Shown: in pieces, positions 25,458-39,008 of the stretch
Layout of the letters: each line of letters begins with the position of its first letter
Position numbering within the stretch: the stretch's first letter is position 1
DNA from: Chiloscyllium plagiosum
Taxonomy: Eukaryota
Direction of reading: 5' to 3'
DNA length: 64,000 nucleotides
NCBI RefSeq assembly: GCF_004010195.1
Contig: NC_057719.1
Location: 46,609,533 to 46,673,532 of the forward strand
The notes under the pieces: model-generated
What the model was told of the DNA's origin: nothing
What the model saw: only the letters and a program-made list of their open reading frames with translations
The model's database searches: none
Translations under genes and position numbers: made by a program

Positions 25458-25780
25458 ATAGAATCTCTACAGTGTGGAGGCACACCATTCAGCTCATCAA
25501 GTCCACAATGTCTCTCTGAAAAACATCCCACCCAGACTGATCCCCTACTCTACCTCTGTAACCCTGCATTTCCCATGGCTAATTCATCTAACTTGCATAT
25601 CCATGACACAATGGGTAATCCACCTAACTACAGATCTTTGGACTGTGGGAGAAACTGGAGCACCGAGAGGAGATCTAAACAAACATGGGGGGAATGTACA
25701 AACTCCACACAGACAGTTGCCTGAGACTGGAATCAAACTCAGGTCCCTGGCACAGTGTAGCAGCAGTGCTAACTACTGAG
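25458..25780 (-). mobile_element. HE1-type V-SINE, degenerate
   Basis: Reverse complement of the tRNA head, V-domain (GTGTGGAGTTTG..TCCCACAGTCCAAAGAT) and CR1-like tail. Confidence 0.8.
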
Positions 25781-27791
25781 TCCTGTTATAGTGTGTCTCC
25801 AAACAAATCCATAAAGGTCTTTTAAGACTTTTTTATAGGGTCTTTCAAAATACTTAACAAATTCTCATTGGACACAAAGTCATTTTTCTTTTAGTTGGAA
25901 AATCTACAAACATTTTAAAAACTATCTTACAGCATTGTTTAGATGTACCTATTGGTATGTTTGTTATAATGCACCACTAGGAGGGATATAGTTTAAAAAT
26001 CCTTTTCAAATACAGATGGTAGTTTTCAAGGAATACTGTCTCTGCCAATGTGCCTTACTTATAATACTGAGGGGGAGGGCTGGAGGGAAGAGTCAGTCAT
26101 TGGGTGGCCAGGTTTTTATGTACAAGAGTGTGACACAAATTATTTTCATACAGTGGAAATACAGAACAGCTGTTTTCTACATTTTGCTTTTTTCCTCATA
26201 ACGTTCAGAATATTACATTGAATTTTGTGAAAAAAATTCAACGCAAACCCTTTATTTTCACATGCAGGAAAATTACACTGCAGCAGTTACTTGGCATCTG
26301 AATCTCCCTGCTGGTTTTGACTGGCTAAGAATTGGAGCAGTTATTTTGGAGAAAGGGTGAAAATGAGCATGAAGTGCATGCCATGCTAATTAAATAGAGT
26401 TTGTCTAAAATTTTGGTTTAAGCTGATAATTTCAAGGTTAATTGCTGATCGCTATGATTTAAAGATGTTTGGTGGCACAAAATGGAAACCTTCATATTTG
26501 TTTAGGGGCACAGTTTAGGGGCAATTTGCCTGGAGCAGGTTATGTAGCTTCCATATATGCACTTGCACTGAAGGGGAACAGCCCACTGGCTGACAGACAA
26601 TGGCACATATCAGAAAGGTGCCAGGTTTTCTGATGTGGCTTTGGAGTGTTGGTGGAAGAAGGATATCCTGCGCTCATTTGACTTGTGGTGATGTGAAGGG
26701 TGAGAGCTGGAGGAGAAGTTCACTAATGCAGCAAATGTAGGAGGAGATCATCATTTAGACTAACATTCATACAGCCCACAATATTCCTCCACAGGCACCA
26801 ATTGAATCTCACTCAACTCTCTCAACTCTTCAATTATATGAGGCAACTGGAGAAGGGGCTCAGTGCAGAAAACTCCACTGCACCAATTGTTAACATTGCA
26901 CTAGCACTAGACTGGCTGCAGGTCACATTCAATGTTAAGGGCACTGTAGGTGCCACCTTGCTGGTGAGGAGGTGGGGGTAAGGTTTCACATAGGTTTCAC
27001 TGCAGAGGCATCAGGTGAGGACCTCACAGGGCCAAGCTTCAACAGAAGGCTAATGATTGCAATAAACTAAATATTATATACAACGAATGCCTTACCGGAG
27101 AAGTTGTGGGCTGTGGCTGCGCAGATTACCAAATAGAGTCTATTGTGTTGCCAGCATGGCCCATGGAAATGATAATTGGTTTGTTCTGGTTTTAAGAATG
27201 ATGTCCCTTTAAGAGGTTCAGCACGCTGTTGAGTCAAGTATATGGATGCAATTAAATAATGGGGAACCATGGTCACTTTGCATTGCAGTACCAAAACAAA
27301 GGATGTGTCCAGAGATTAGTCTGTACTGTTTAGCTGCAAATAAGCCCAGAGATGTTTATGTGAATGGAATTGTCATACTCCATTTGTGTTCCACATAAGT
27401 AGTACAATCACGATACAGTGAGCAGCAGCCATTGTCTCATTTGAAAAGCAGAACAAAGAAGACAATGATATAGCTTGCAGATCATGGGGGGTAACAGCAG
27501 ACAAAATTCAAAAGTACTCCAAATGTTCAACATTCTTACCAGACAGGGAATAGCAGAAAAGATACAAAGAAAAGAAGATTTCTTCTTAAACAGAATGTAT
27601 ACAAGCAGGTCAAAGCAGACAGGCAGCTGTCTCAAAACTGCACTATCTGAAGTCTATTGCACACCCCCTGGAGCAGACGGAACCTGAATCCAGGTCTCCT
27701 GGCTCAGAGGTAGGGGCACTACCAGTGTGCCCTAACAGCCCTCATACACATGGAGAGGCACGTTTTTAATCAATGTGTTATAATACATTGT

Positions 27792-28120
27792 GGGCGGCAC
27801 GGTGGCACAGTGATTAGCACTGCTGCCTCACAGTGCCAGAGACCCGGGTTCAATTCCCGACTCAGGCGACTAACTGTGTGGAGTTTGCACATTCTCCCCG
27901 TGTCTGCGTGGGTTTCCTCCGGGTGCTCCAGTTTCCTCCCACAGTCCAAAGATGTGCAGGTCAGGTGAATTGGCCGTGCTAAATTGCCCGTAGTGTTAGG
28001 TAAAGGGGTAAATGTAGGGGAATGGGTGGGTTGCGCTTCGGCGGGTCGGTATGGACTTGTTGGGCCGAAGGGCCTGTTTCCACACTGTAAGTAATCTAAT
28101 CTAATCTAATCTAAAAAAAA
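27792..28120 (+). mobile_element. HE1-type V-SINE, full length
   Basis: tRNA-like head (TGGCACAGTG..GGTTCAATTCC), V-SINE core GTGTGGAGTTTGCACATTCTCCCCGTGTCTGCGTGGGTTTCCTCCGGGTGCTCC, CR1-like tail GGGCCGAAGGGCCTGTTTCC and (TCTAA)n. Confidence 0.92.
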
Positions 28121-28629
28121 ACACACCTCAGGAGTACATAGGATTTCAACTCAAGTTCTGTGACCCAGAGGTAGGGGCACCAAAACTGCACCACAAACCC
28201 CACCATATGGAGTGAGAATGGACACTTTGGAAACTAAATTCACCTGCACAGTATTTGTTGTTGACAGGCTCATATGACATTGCAAGGAGAAAGGAATCTA
28301 TGATGGGACAAGCACCGCTATATGTTTTTCAAATCCATGTTCTTCCGTGTTATTCTACATGCCTTGGATGGGACCACATATACACAGCTTTGGGGAAGTC
28401 ACATTCGGGCCCTGGGGCTACCTGTCAGGCAAGCCTGGTCTGGTCAGTTGATCTTAACCAGCAGGGCACACAGTGTTACGGTGCAGACTGAAGCAGATTG
28501 GTCCATTGTGTCAGCATCATATCTCAAAGCATTTCAATTTTGGGCCAATTGCTGGCCTTCTTCTGGTAACTTGGAATTGTTTCTGAGTCATTAATCACCA
28601 ATGCTCTGGTGAATGCCTCAACTGAATGT

Positions 28630-30070
28630 GCCTCCTGCTTCCAAAACATTCCAAACCCTAGCTCCTACTGGGAGAGAAAGCTTTTGTGCAACTTACATTT
28701 GTCTTTAAAATCTTGCCTTCTGATTTTTGATCCTTTAATGAGTCACAACAGTTTCTCCCTACCTTCTCAGTAGAGACCCCGTAATAATTCTGACAGCCTC
28801 TATCAACTCTCCTGTTAGCTTGTCCTCTCCCAGGAAAATAGTCCCAAATTCTCCAATCTATCTTCCTAAATGAGGTGCCTCACCCAGGAAGCATTCTCAT
28901 AAACCTCTTGTACACTTTTTCTAATGTGTTCACATCCTTCCTATAGTGTGGCATCTAGAACTATATACAATACTCCAGCTGAGGTCTAACTAGTGTCACA
29001 TATATATTTCATCATAATCTCCTTACTTTCGTACTCTGTGTCCTTGAAAATAATCCTAGAATATTGTATGCTTTATTAACAACTCTCTCTCTCTACTTTA
29101 TCCTGCTACATTTAATGACACACCATTAGCACTTCTCTGCTAAATACCATGCTCCTGGACATCATTCAAAATATTTCCCTTTATTTTATACTGATTCCCC
29201 ATTTTGTACCAAAATGTATCAATTCACATTTCTCCACATTGAACATCATCTCTCACCTATCCACCCTCTCCACCAATGTGTAAATGTTATTTTGAAGTCT
29301 TACTCTGTCCTTGTCACAGTTTACAACTCTTCCTAGTTAAGTGTCTTCACAAATTTTGAAATTATCCCCTGCACACCAAGTTAAGGGAAGAACTCCAGCA
29401 TAAACCTTCTTCCAGGTGGAAAGATACCCTGGAAAGCAAAAAAAAACACAAAGAACTTCGGATGCTGAAAATCAGAAACAAAATCAGAAATTGCTGGAAA
29501 AGTTCACAGGGCTAGCAGCATCAGTGGAGAGAAAGAAGAGTTAACGTTTTCGGTCCAATGACCCTGCTTCAGAACTGTAACTCTCTGTTTGTTATCTGTA
29601 AGCCAATTAATATCCATGTTGCTACTGTCCCTTTTATTCCATGACTTATAGCTTTCCTCTCAGGCTTGCTATGTGACTCTATATTGAGTATCTTTTGGAA
29701 GTCCTTGTACAATACATCAACAGCCTTCCCCTCATCAATTCAATCTGTTACCTCATTGAAAAACTCCAGCAAGTAATTAGACACAATCTTCCCTTAAAAA
29801 CTCCATTCTGACTCATTCAAATCAGCCAACTTTTTAGTTTACCCAGCACTGAAATTAAACAAACTGTGTGTATTAGCTTGACTGATTGTTACAACCTTTT
29901 TTGAATAAGGGTGTAATGTGTGCAATTCTCCAGTCACTGGCACTACCCTTCAATCTAGGGAAGATTGAAAGATTATTGTAAATACCTCTGCTATTTGCAC
30001 TCCCTTCCTTCAATATCCTCAGATGGATCTCATCCAGTCCTGTAGCCTTATCAACTAAGTCAATGGCGTA
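28630..30070 (-). mobile_element. Old degenerate CR1, interrupted at ~29432-29576
   Basis: Minus strand reads KATGLDEIHLRILKE..DWRIAHITPLFKKG; the remainder has CR1 RT and 3' similarity. Confidence 0.7.
29432..29576 (-). mobile_element. Penelope-derived terminal fragment with hammerhead-like motif (family 3)
   Basis: Minus strand GTT-CTGAAGC-A-GGGTC-ATT-GGACC-GAAAA-CGTT-AAC, followed by the GATGCTG..TCCAGCA tail shared with other PLE fragments. Confidence 0.65.
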
Positions 30071-33000
30071 ACCAAAACTCCTTTTAAATTCACTAACCAA
30101 TGAACAGTGAAAACTGAGGATGGCTTTAACGCTACTCGCAATTCTTACCAATGGCTACTCCTATATAGCTAGTCACTGTTAGAACAGGACAACACTTGCT
30201 GCATGCACAGGCAAAATAGCAAGCAACTCCTTTAAGGAGTAGTAGAAGCCATTGTTGATCAGTGGCTTAATCTGTCCAGAGGCAGTTATACCTAGCATAC
30301 AATTTCTTTATGAAGATGATGTATTGCATTAAATGTGAGTTAATCAATTTTTGCTGTTCAAGATCCCCCCTTTTAATTCTTTAGCACTTCAGCTACACGT
30401 TATGATTGAAAATAGTAATTCATTAATAAATTTCAAAAATAATTTGTCAGAAAAAGACATGAAAGCTGGATACTTATCAGAGTAGATCTTCATTTCTCGG
30501 CTTAAACCCAACTCAAATAGTTGGGAAATAGGATTTTTTCTTTTGTAGTCAGATGAAGGTCAAAAGTGAAATGTATTTGGACAATTCAAGTCCCAGTGGA
30601 TGGGAGTTTACAACACAAAAATCCTTTCAACTTCATTATTAATTGGGATTAATTAATTTGGCCATCCTTCTCTGGGGCATGAAGAATCTGAATGTGGAAA
30701 AATAAATGTGCAGGAGGTATTCTCCTCTGATCTGGGACTTTAACACCTTTTATGCATATTTTAGGCTGGGGAACTCTGTAAATGTTTACAAATGTTCCAT
30801 TCCCCGGCACTGTCATCCTTCATCTTGATGAGTGTATATATTTTCATTTCCCCTTCCCCCCCGCCCCCCATTGTAAAAGGAAATTCAACTTGTTGCTCTG
30901 CCAATGATATTTTCTATAACATCCAAATATAAACACTTTAATTAATTCCTTCACTTCAGTAATTAAAGTTCAGGCAGGAACTTCATAGTCGTTGCACAAA
31001 CGTCTACTATTTCCTGTTTGAAAAAAACAGCTGTATTTCTTTGTCCAACATCTGTCACATACCAGCTGTGCACTGAAATTATAACTGTTTAAAGAAACAA
31101 CAGAATTTAGTTTATATAAGCATATGGAGTAAAAACTACCTAATGAATGGTAAAAACAAGAATTTAAACAAATAATAATCCAAAATTAAAAATTTGGGGA
31201 GAATAAAGTTTCTATACAATGTAATTCCAAGCTTTAAATTAAATTTTAAAAACTGAATCACCAAATCTACACATTACAAAGGCTGATTTGAAAACTAAGT
31301 GTTTGAAGAGCAACTGGTATTTCAGGTTTGCAGACACCATAGAAGTGTTTGGTCAAACCAAGTCTAACCTGACCTTTGCTTGGGTCATAATTGTGTAGAT
31401 CTGTTTTCCAATTGGAAAATGGAAACTTGAAGATGAGCCAAATTTTCACTTTACTATTGAGCTGGAGGAAGAAGTAAACATTTCAGAGGTTCAGATCTGA
31501 CCCAGATTGTTGGGAAGCCATTAGCTCATCCCAAATGTTTTCTGTGATTCATTTTTATGAATCTAGTACTGTATGCCCCTTTCCTCTCCATGACCTTAAC
31601 TACTTAAAAGAAATGTTGTAAATCTTGTGTTTCATCGTTCTGTTCAGAATCAACAACAAGGAATTCAAAAGAACATTTTTACCCAAGTGTCACTTCCCCT
31701 CATAAAACATTGGAATTCTTTCATGTTTAAGAGGTTTTATTACCATGTAGTTGTTTATAGGGTTTGTTCCCTTGTTAGTTCAATAAAGCACCGTAGCGTT
31801 CTGGAACAAATTCAGCAATGCTAATTTCAATCAACATTAAAACTCCTTAAATGAGTAATTTTCTAAATATGTGGATAAATCATCTTGATGTAACCTTAGT
31901 CAAAGGAGCGCAAGAGTGTTGATGGTTCATACTTTAGAGATGAATTATTGCTGAAGGATTGGTACTGCCTATAGTTTGACCACAATATGGTTAATCAAAT
32001 ATCAATTCATTGCAGATTTGTCAGTTGAATTTATTTCATGCACACCACTAAACCATCCTCAGAGTTATTTATTGCAAGAAAAATATCAAGAAAAAAGGAC
32101 CAATGTGACCAAAAAAAGATAATTTTACCTGCTCAGGAGCTAGTCTTTATGACTTACCTGATCTCTTGATTCTTGGTCCTAGGTATTTAATGACAGAGTA
32201 TCACCAGTCCTTGGTGAATATCTTATCGTCTAAAAAAAAGTTGAAAAATATGTCGAAACACACTGAATAAGTTCGGACCTGATTTTGACAAATTTACAGC
32301 ATGAGTATGTTGACAATCAAATGTGCCTGAAATGAACTGGTCAGTATAAAGATAGCGATGGACTTGCTAGCACCATAAGTAGGAGAATAATGACTGATTT
32401 TAAGATCTCAATTCCCAATTGAATGAAAGGCCTTCCTGGCTGAAATTAATTCAGAAATTCTCAACATAAACCGACCAAAATTGAACAAAAGCTGTAAAAC
32501 AATGCTGAAAGATACTTCACGTTATGGTATGAAGCTTTTCTTAATTTCAAAACATTGCTGAGACAAAATACAGAATAGTCTTTTCTATATTTGATATGAG
32601 TACAAAAAGCAGAAGGTTGTTCCTGTCTGGACTGAAGTCCATCCTAATTTTCCCCAGTTTAGGCACCTAAATGGAAATGTGGAGGCAGCAGAGAGAGGGA
32701 TTGACCTAGGTGTAGTTGGACCAGTGATGTTAAAGATTAATACAGCCAAGCTGCAGTGGATATATGAGGATGGTACTAGTCAAATGAGCGTGGCAGTCCA
32801 TGGCAACAGTTCTCCTGGCAGTAGCTACATAACAGCAGCTGTATACTGTTTCCTTCCTGTAGCTGTTCTCCATTGATGGCAAAATGTTGGTCATGATCTT
32901 GACATTGAAAGGTAGCAGCAAAGATGATTCGGTTCCTGTTCTCACTCAACATCCATACAGATTTAATTCCTGTAAGGATTCCTGGCTAGTCACAAGGAGG

Positions 33001-33519
33001 TAAAGCTGACCTTTGCTTCTTCGGTGCAGAGGTTCAAAGTAGCTCCTTACTGCTACCCTAGTTGATATATAGTCATCAATATAAGCCGATGACCACGGCC
33101 CTGGTTTTTATAGTTGAATAGTACACTATTTTTACCAATTAGACATCTTGGCTTGGAAACTGAATCAGTTTCTTTTACAAAATGGCCACCTAAAGATGCA
33201 GCCACCTAAGGATGCAATCTGGTGGCATTTGCTCATTCAACAGAGTACTGTGCCACCCGCAGTATTGTTAGAGTTCCTCTATAGATATCCAGAAGGTATG
33301 TTTCAAAGTTAGGTTCATGGTAAATACAAGTAGGAGTCCAACATTCTGTCATGGACATTTTATGAAATTTAAGAGTGAATTATAACAGCATATGAACATG
33401 CGTGTGATTTTTTTTTAAACCAGTGATTCTTAAAGGGAATGCCAATGGTTGCCACCTGAAAAATAACTTCTAAGTTTTCTTTAACTTATGTTAATAAGGA
33501 GCTACATCTTTATTTCACT

Positions 33520-33830
33520 CTTGTACACCACCAATTATACACTCTTTACCTCCTCCACCCTCCCTTACATCCCAAGGAATACATCACTAACTGCCAATTC
33601 CCCTCACCACTCAACATCCTGACATGGAAACATATCACCATTTCTTCGCTGTTACGAGGTCAAAATCCTGGAATTCCCTCCCTAATGACATTTTGGGTCC
33701 ACCCACAGCAGGTGAACTGCAGCAGTTCAAGAAGGCAGTTCACCACCACCTTCTCAAGGGCAACTAGGGACGGGTAATAAGTGCTGGCCTAGCCAGAAAT
33801 GCTCACATCTCACACATAATAAAGAGAAAA
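33520..33830 (+). mobile_element. 3' end of a second CR1/L2-group LINE family
   Basis: SKSWNSLP..QFKKAVHHHLL C-terminus and tail GGGACGGGTAATAAGTGCTGGCCTAGCCAG..CACATC. Confidence 0.7.
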
Positions 33831-36109
33831 TGAAAATATTAAAGTGCATATTTTGGAATGAATAGCTCACAGTGAGACTTTCAAATGTCTCTGGTGAAGA
33901 AACTCCTCAGCTGCAGGTATTTCTGGAACAAATACTTCAATCCCTTTCCTTTTGAAACTGATGCATTTGGATCTGCAAAAGTGATCAACTCTGGTTGAAA
34001 ACTGACTGAAAGCTGGAATCTTTTAGAATATGGAAATCTGCTCCATACAACTACATTCAGATGAACAACCAAACCAGCTCACATATAATTCACTAACTGA
34101 AGAACAGGAGTTATTCGTTCAATTTGACCTCCCCTCATTCAGTTTGCTTGCATGTTAGTGTATGGGTTTTTAGCCTTGAATAAAATTTATACTTAACTTG
34201 AGTAAGTTTACAGTAAACTAATCCTTAATTGTGATTAACTGAAGGAGATCTCTCTAACCTGTTCTTCATAGCTTGAACACATGTTCAAACGTATATTGAA
34301 TTGGGAAGAAAACACATCTGTTTAAAAACTTAAAACTGTTATATCAGCCTCAGGAATGAAAAGAGAGGAATTTGTCCACCCTTCCAGATTTAGTCCTAAT
34401 GTAATATCATGGCCTCATCAAATGCATGCAGTGTGAAATGTGTTGGCTTATAGCATGTTCCAATTCATGGACCTCCAATTTAAAGATCATGTGGACATGT
34501 CAGAAAAAATGTTTTTTGAAGGTTGGGTTTTTAAAATCAAAAGTAGATGCTAAACTCTTAATGATTAACTTAGGAGTACACCAGAGGCTGGAAAATAAGA
34601 CATTTGTATCATGCCTTATGGAGATTAGCTTTAGTGCAGAGAGAGATCTGTTATTTCAAAAATGTTCTGTGATTTCTTGTTTGTTAAATTATTACCCATT
34701 TGAGATATCAATCCAAACACACTTGTAACGCTATGAAACCATTTGGTTAGTGATCCAAACACTTTGAGAAATCAAACTCATAGATGTTGACTAATTTTCT
34801 CAGGCAGTCTGCCTGATAAATCCATTTATCCTCCTCATCCCATGGTACAGCAACTATAGCCTTAAAGTGTAAGTTTTGGACTGACATGTAAAACAGAACA
34901 TTCAAATGCTGTAGCAATGTGTGCTTTTTACCAGGTTTAAAAATGAACACACAAAGCTTTAGAGTCCTTTTGACATACAGAGCAATATTTTCCGTTAACT
35001 GTGGTTTGAAGGTCTGGGGCAATGGACATTGAAAATTATGGAACTGGACGGTGTGTCAGGACTTAACAAAAAATATTTTATTTTGACTGTAAGTGTGGAG
35101 GTGGACCTAAAAGCAAGAGGGACTTCCACTCAGAGGCAGATATAGGTACAGAACAACACCAATGTTAATGGTAAGGATGCTCTGAAAGCTGTTGGGATCT
35201 TACTCCAGTGGCTTATAACTTTTGGATGTGATATTAAACCTTCAAGGACAATCAATCAACCTCTGTTCAGCATTGCCACCCAGCTCTAGGGATGTCAGAT
35301 AGCAGACAAAAAGCAGTACTACGTTTTAGTGATGTCCCCTAAAGCTGCCGTGGAGAGATGTTCTTGCCGGAAATAACATGCTGACTGATGAAAGCAGCCT
35401 GGAGAGAGGGAGTTGTGAGATCAGGGCCTAGGGAAGGCTCCACTGCTGCAAGTGAATGAATGCTGTGCTGCCCTTTGCTGGAGGAAAAACCACCTTGTGA
35501 TTCTATGTGTCTCCATTAATATTGTGAGGTTGCTGCTGTGGAGGGCAGTCATGAAGAGATTAAGTGGTTGACATCTCCAAAAGATATCTCTCAGCTGTCA
35601 GTTAATTACAGATACCAATGAGGATTTCTGGTACCAGAGCTGTATTGCCTCTGACACATCCCAATGAATCTTTTCTGAAATGGTTCCACAGCAAGAATTT
35701 CCTTTCTTTAGTAAGGATACCAAAAGAAACCCATTCCTTCAGGTGTAGTATTGCCAATAGCAGTTGCAAGACCTCCTTACCTCTACATTCTGCCATCCTG
35801 CAATAAAAGCCAGCATTCCATTTGCCTTCTGGATATTTGCTGTACTGCCTCACGTTTTAGATTCCTGTATAAACATATCCAATCCCTCTATGCTTCAGAA
35901 TTCTGCAGCATTTCACTATTTAAATAATATTCTCCTTTTCAATTCTTCCTGCCAAAGTAGACAACTTCACATTTCCACGTACCATTCTCCATCTGCCCAT
36001 GCTCAGTTAACCCATCATATCCGGTAAGATGGCAGCAGAGAGTAAGATGCTCTAGCTGGAACTACTTCGCTCTGCCCATTCGTTTTCTTACTTCTCTTCT
36101 TTTTTCCCT

Positions 36110-36190
36110 CCCCTCACTTACCTCCCCACACTTACCTCCCCTCGCTTACCTCCCCTCGCTTACCTCCCCTCGCTTACCTCCCCTCGCTCC
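36110..36190. repeat. 14-bp tandem repeat (CTTACCTCCCCTCG) x ~5
   Basis: Directly visible. Confidence 0.9.
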
Positions 36191-36276
36191 CTTCTCTCAG
36201 CCTCAGACACCTGGCTCCAGCCTCCAAATCCCAGCCTCGGAAGTGGGGTTTGCAGTCGGCGGAGACAACAGCGGCT

Positions 36277-36505
36277 GGAGCAGGGATGCTGGAGATGCCA
36301 GTGACCGGAGCGGGGATGCTGGAGATGCCAGTGACCAGAGCGGGGATGCTGGAGATGCCAGTGACCGGAGCGGGGATGCTGGTGATGCCAGTGACCGGAG
36401 CGGGGATGCTGGAGATGCCAGTGACCGGAGCGGGGATGCTGGAGATGCCAGTGACCGGAGCGGGGATGCTGGTGATGCCAGCGGATGGAGCCGGGATGCC
36501 TGGAG
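36277..36505. repeat. 30-bp minisatellite GGAGCGGGGATGCTGGAGATGCCAGTGACC x ~7.5
   Basis: Directly visible; near-identical copies. Confidence 0.95.
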
Positions 36506-38435
36506 TCAGAGCAATAATGCTGGTGACCAGCAGCCCAGTGTAGAGTGGGATAATGGCCCAGCACAGAGTATGGTGGCAGCCAGCAGTCAGACCATGTGGA
36601 AGCCCCTGCACTGGGCTGCTGCAGAGCGCCTTTGGAGAGCGACTGTGATGTTTGCCTTATTAACTTTGCGTCTTGTTTTTTCTGACCTATGGTCACACTG
36701 TGTACAGCTGTAATGTAACATTGTTTTCTGCATTTCTCTATTCTGTAATAAAGAATTATAGCTCGGTACCTAACATGGCACTTTAATTGATGACATAAAC
36801 TTTTCACTGAACTCTTGTGAGTACCATATGACAATAAAGTTAATTCAATTCGATTCAATTCAATTCTGTACCCCTTTGCAGTCACAACGTATCCTCTTCA
36901 CAACTTGTTTTCCCATTTATCTTTATATCATCAGCAAATTTAACTGTAATACACTCAGTCACTTTACCCACATCATTAATACAAATCATAAATAATTGAG
37001 ATACTAACACTGATTCCTGTGGCACTCCATTTGTTACAGTTTGCAACATGAAGGTTCAGCTATCCCATCTCTGTTTCCAGTTAATTAATCCTCTATCCTT
37101 GCTTACCTTCTGCACAAACCTTTCATGTGACACTTTACTGAATGTGTTTGGAAATCCAAAAACATCCTACCTACAAAATTTCTCTTTACACCCTCGAAAA
37201 TCTCTAATATGTCAAATGTGATTTTCATTTCACAAAGCTATATTGAGTCTGCCCTGATTTATTATGATTTTCCAATTATTCTGATATTACTACCTCAACA
37301 ACTGATGGCAGATGTTGAGCTTACTGGCCTATATTTTCCTCCTTCCTGTCTCCTTCATTTTTTTGAATAAAACTGTTAATTTCGCAGTTTTTGAATCCAC
37401 TGAAACTTTTCTTGAATCTGGAGAGTTTTGAAAGATGACTATCAAGGCCGCTATTATCTCTGTAGCCATTGCTTTTAATATCCCAGGCTGTAGACCATCA
37501 GTTCCAAGGAGCTTATCGCATTTAGGTTACCCAACACTTTGTTTCTCAAGTGATTGCAATTCTCACACAGTTCCTCTCTGCTTTTTTCACTATTCTACAT
37601 TTGGTGTCAGATTGTGAAAACAGAATAAAATTTGTGCTCAAATTCTCTGCCATTTAAACATTTCCCTTTATTAATTCCCTCAACTTAACCTTGAAGGTAC
37701 CAACACAAATTTACTATTCTTCTTCCTTTTATAAGTTTGAAAATGTTTTACCTCCCTATTCTTATTTTTCTGGCCAGCTTTCTTTCATTTTCCAATCTCT
37801 TCCTTATGTTGTCACTCTTTGTAGATTTCTTAAAGTTTCCCAATCTTCTGGTGTTCCACTAATCTTCATAGTATTGTACATCTTTGCTTTCAATTGGATG
37901 CCATCCTTAACTATATTACTTAGTCACAGATTATGAACTTTTCTCCTGGAGTCCTCCTTTCTGAATGGAATTATCTATATTTTGAATCACAAAATATCTC
38001 CCTAAATGTATGCCACTGCTTCTTTGCTGTCTTATCTTTTAAGCTTTGTTCTCATTCAATTTAAGGCAACTCTGTTTACATACCATTGTAATTGCCTTTG
38101 TTTACATTTAAGACTCATTCACATTTCTCATCTTCAAATGGAATGTAAAATTCTGACACAACAAAGCACAAATTTGGAAACCAGACATGACATAAACTTA
38201 CAATTGGGCTTCTTGTTCAAATCTGGCCAACACACATGGAAATTACCTGCTCTGCTAACTTTATGGACATGTGAGACATGGGTTCAGCCAGTTTCCATTT
38301 CGTTCTGAGTGAATAATGACTTTGCACAAAACTGTCCAATATCTGATACAAACAAATTTATTTTGCAAAATATCCAGAAAGATGGTTGAGATGAAGAGTA
38401 TGAATAATACATTTGTGAAATAAAAGGATGCTCCC

Positions 38436-39008
38436 TGAAATAATTGCACAGAGGCCAGGTCCTCATTTATTTACTGATGTGCAGTGCAGTGGCTATGCCC
38501 AGCCAGCTTGGAGTCAGTCCTCAACTGAAGAGATTGTAATCTCCTGGTCTTTTTTTTAAGTGACCAAAAAAGTTTATTGGAAATTTAAACAGTGACAATC
38601 TAATACCTCAATGCATAAGACAAATAGTCCCTCACAGATAATACAGCACTCGTCACTACCCCTTGACATTCATAGATGACTCTCAATGGAAAGTCTACAA
38701 GGCCTCTTCGTATGGGCTGAAATTTTGGGTTCAATAGCGGGCTGAGTATACATGAGTAACGGTTGAATTCTTTACCTTGCTCATGACGCCAAACATGTCA
38801 CCTTCCCTGTACTCTGTGTTGTTACTTATCTGATGAGTCCCCAACACCACCTACCCTCCCCATATTCCCCCTCCTCTTCCCACCCCACCCTCATACCCCC
38901 TTTCTCCTGGTCATATTGGTCAGCCAAGGCTTTCCTAGTTGGCCCGGGTTAACAACCCCAATCAGGAACCTCATAATTAATCTAATCCACCTGGTCCCAA
39001 TCAATACA
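38436..39008 (-). mobile_element. Gypsy 3' LTR (TG...CA), interrupted by a polyadenylated insert
   Basis: On the minus strand a purine tract (39009-39035) precedes TGTATTGATTGG; AATAAA lies near the end, which is ATTATTTCA. Confidence 0.7.
38550..38902 (-). mobile_element. Retroposed poly(A)-tailed insert with 10-bp TSD
   Basis: TCTCCTGGTC at 38540-38549 and 38903-38912; the minus strand ends CCAATAAAC..AAAAAAAA. Confidence 0.7.

Larger units (their letters stand above)
36023..36866 (+). mobile_element. Non-autonomous retroelement with Rex1-type tail and internal tandem repeats
   Basis: Starts GGTAAGATGGC and has no RT. Contains a 14-bp repeat and a 30-bp VNTR. Ends AAACTTTTCACTG..GAGTACCATATGACAATAAAG(AATTC)n. 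Confidence 0.7.
35620..38150 (-). mobile_element. Old degenerate CR1, split by the 36023-36866 insertion
   Basis: CR1 RT/3' similarity on the minus strand on both sides of the insertion (e.g. GATAGCAGAATGTAGAGGTAAGGAGGTC and CCACAGGAATCAGTGTTAG). Confidence 0.65.

Noticed and set aside
27792..27870. tRNA-like sequence
   Set aside because: It is the tRNA-derived head of an HE1-type SINE, continuous with the V-domain, not a tRNA gene.
28255..28491. SLVWSVDLNQQ resembling ITFG2 LLWSVQVDHQ
   Set aside because: The match is limited to a few residues, with no flanking similarity or convincing splice sites.
35012..35145. TLKIME..SVEVD, loosely resembling the next ITFG2 exon
   Set aside because: Weak acceptor, extra residues, the conserved LLWSVQVDHQLFAL is missing and the frame ends in a stop; most likely chance.
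36160..36885. His-rich or Gly/Asp-rich ORFs (241 aa, 156 aa)
   Set aside because: They are translations of the 30-bp VNTR inside a mobile element.
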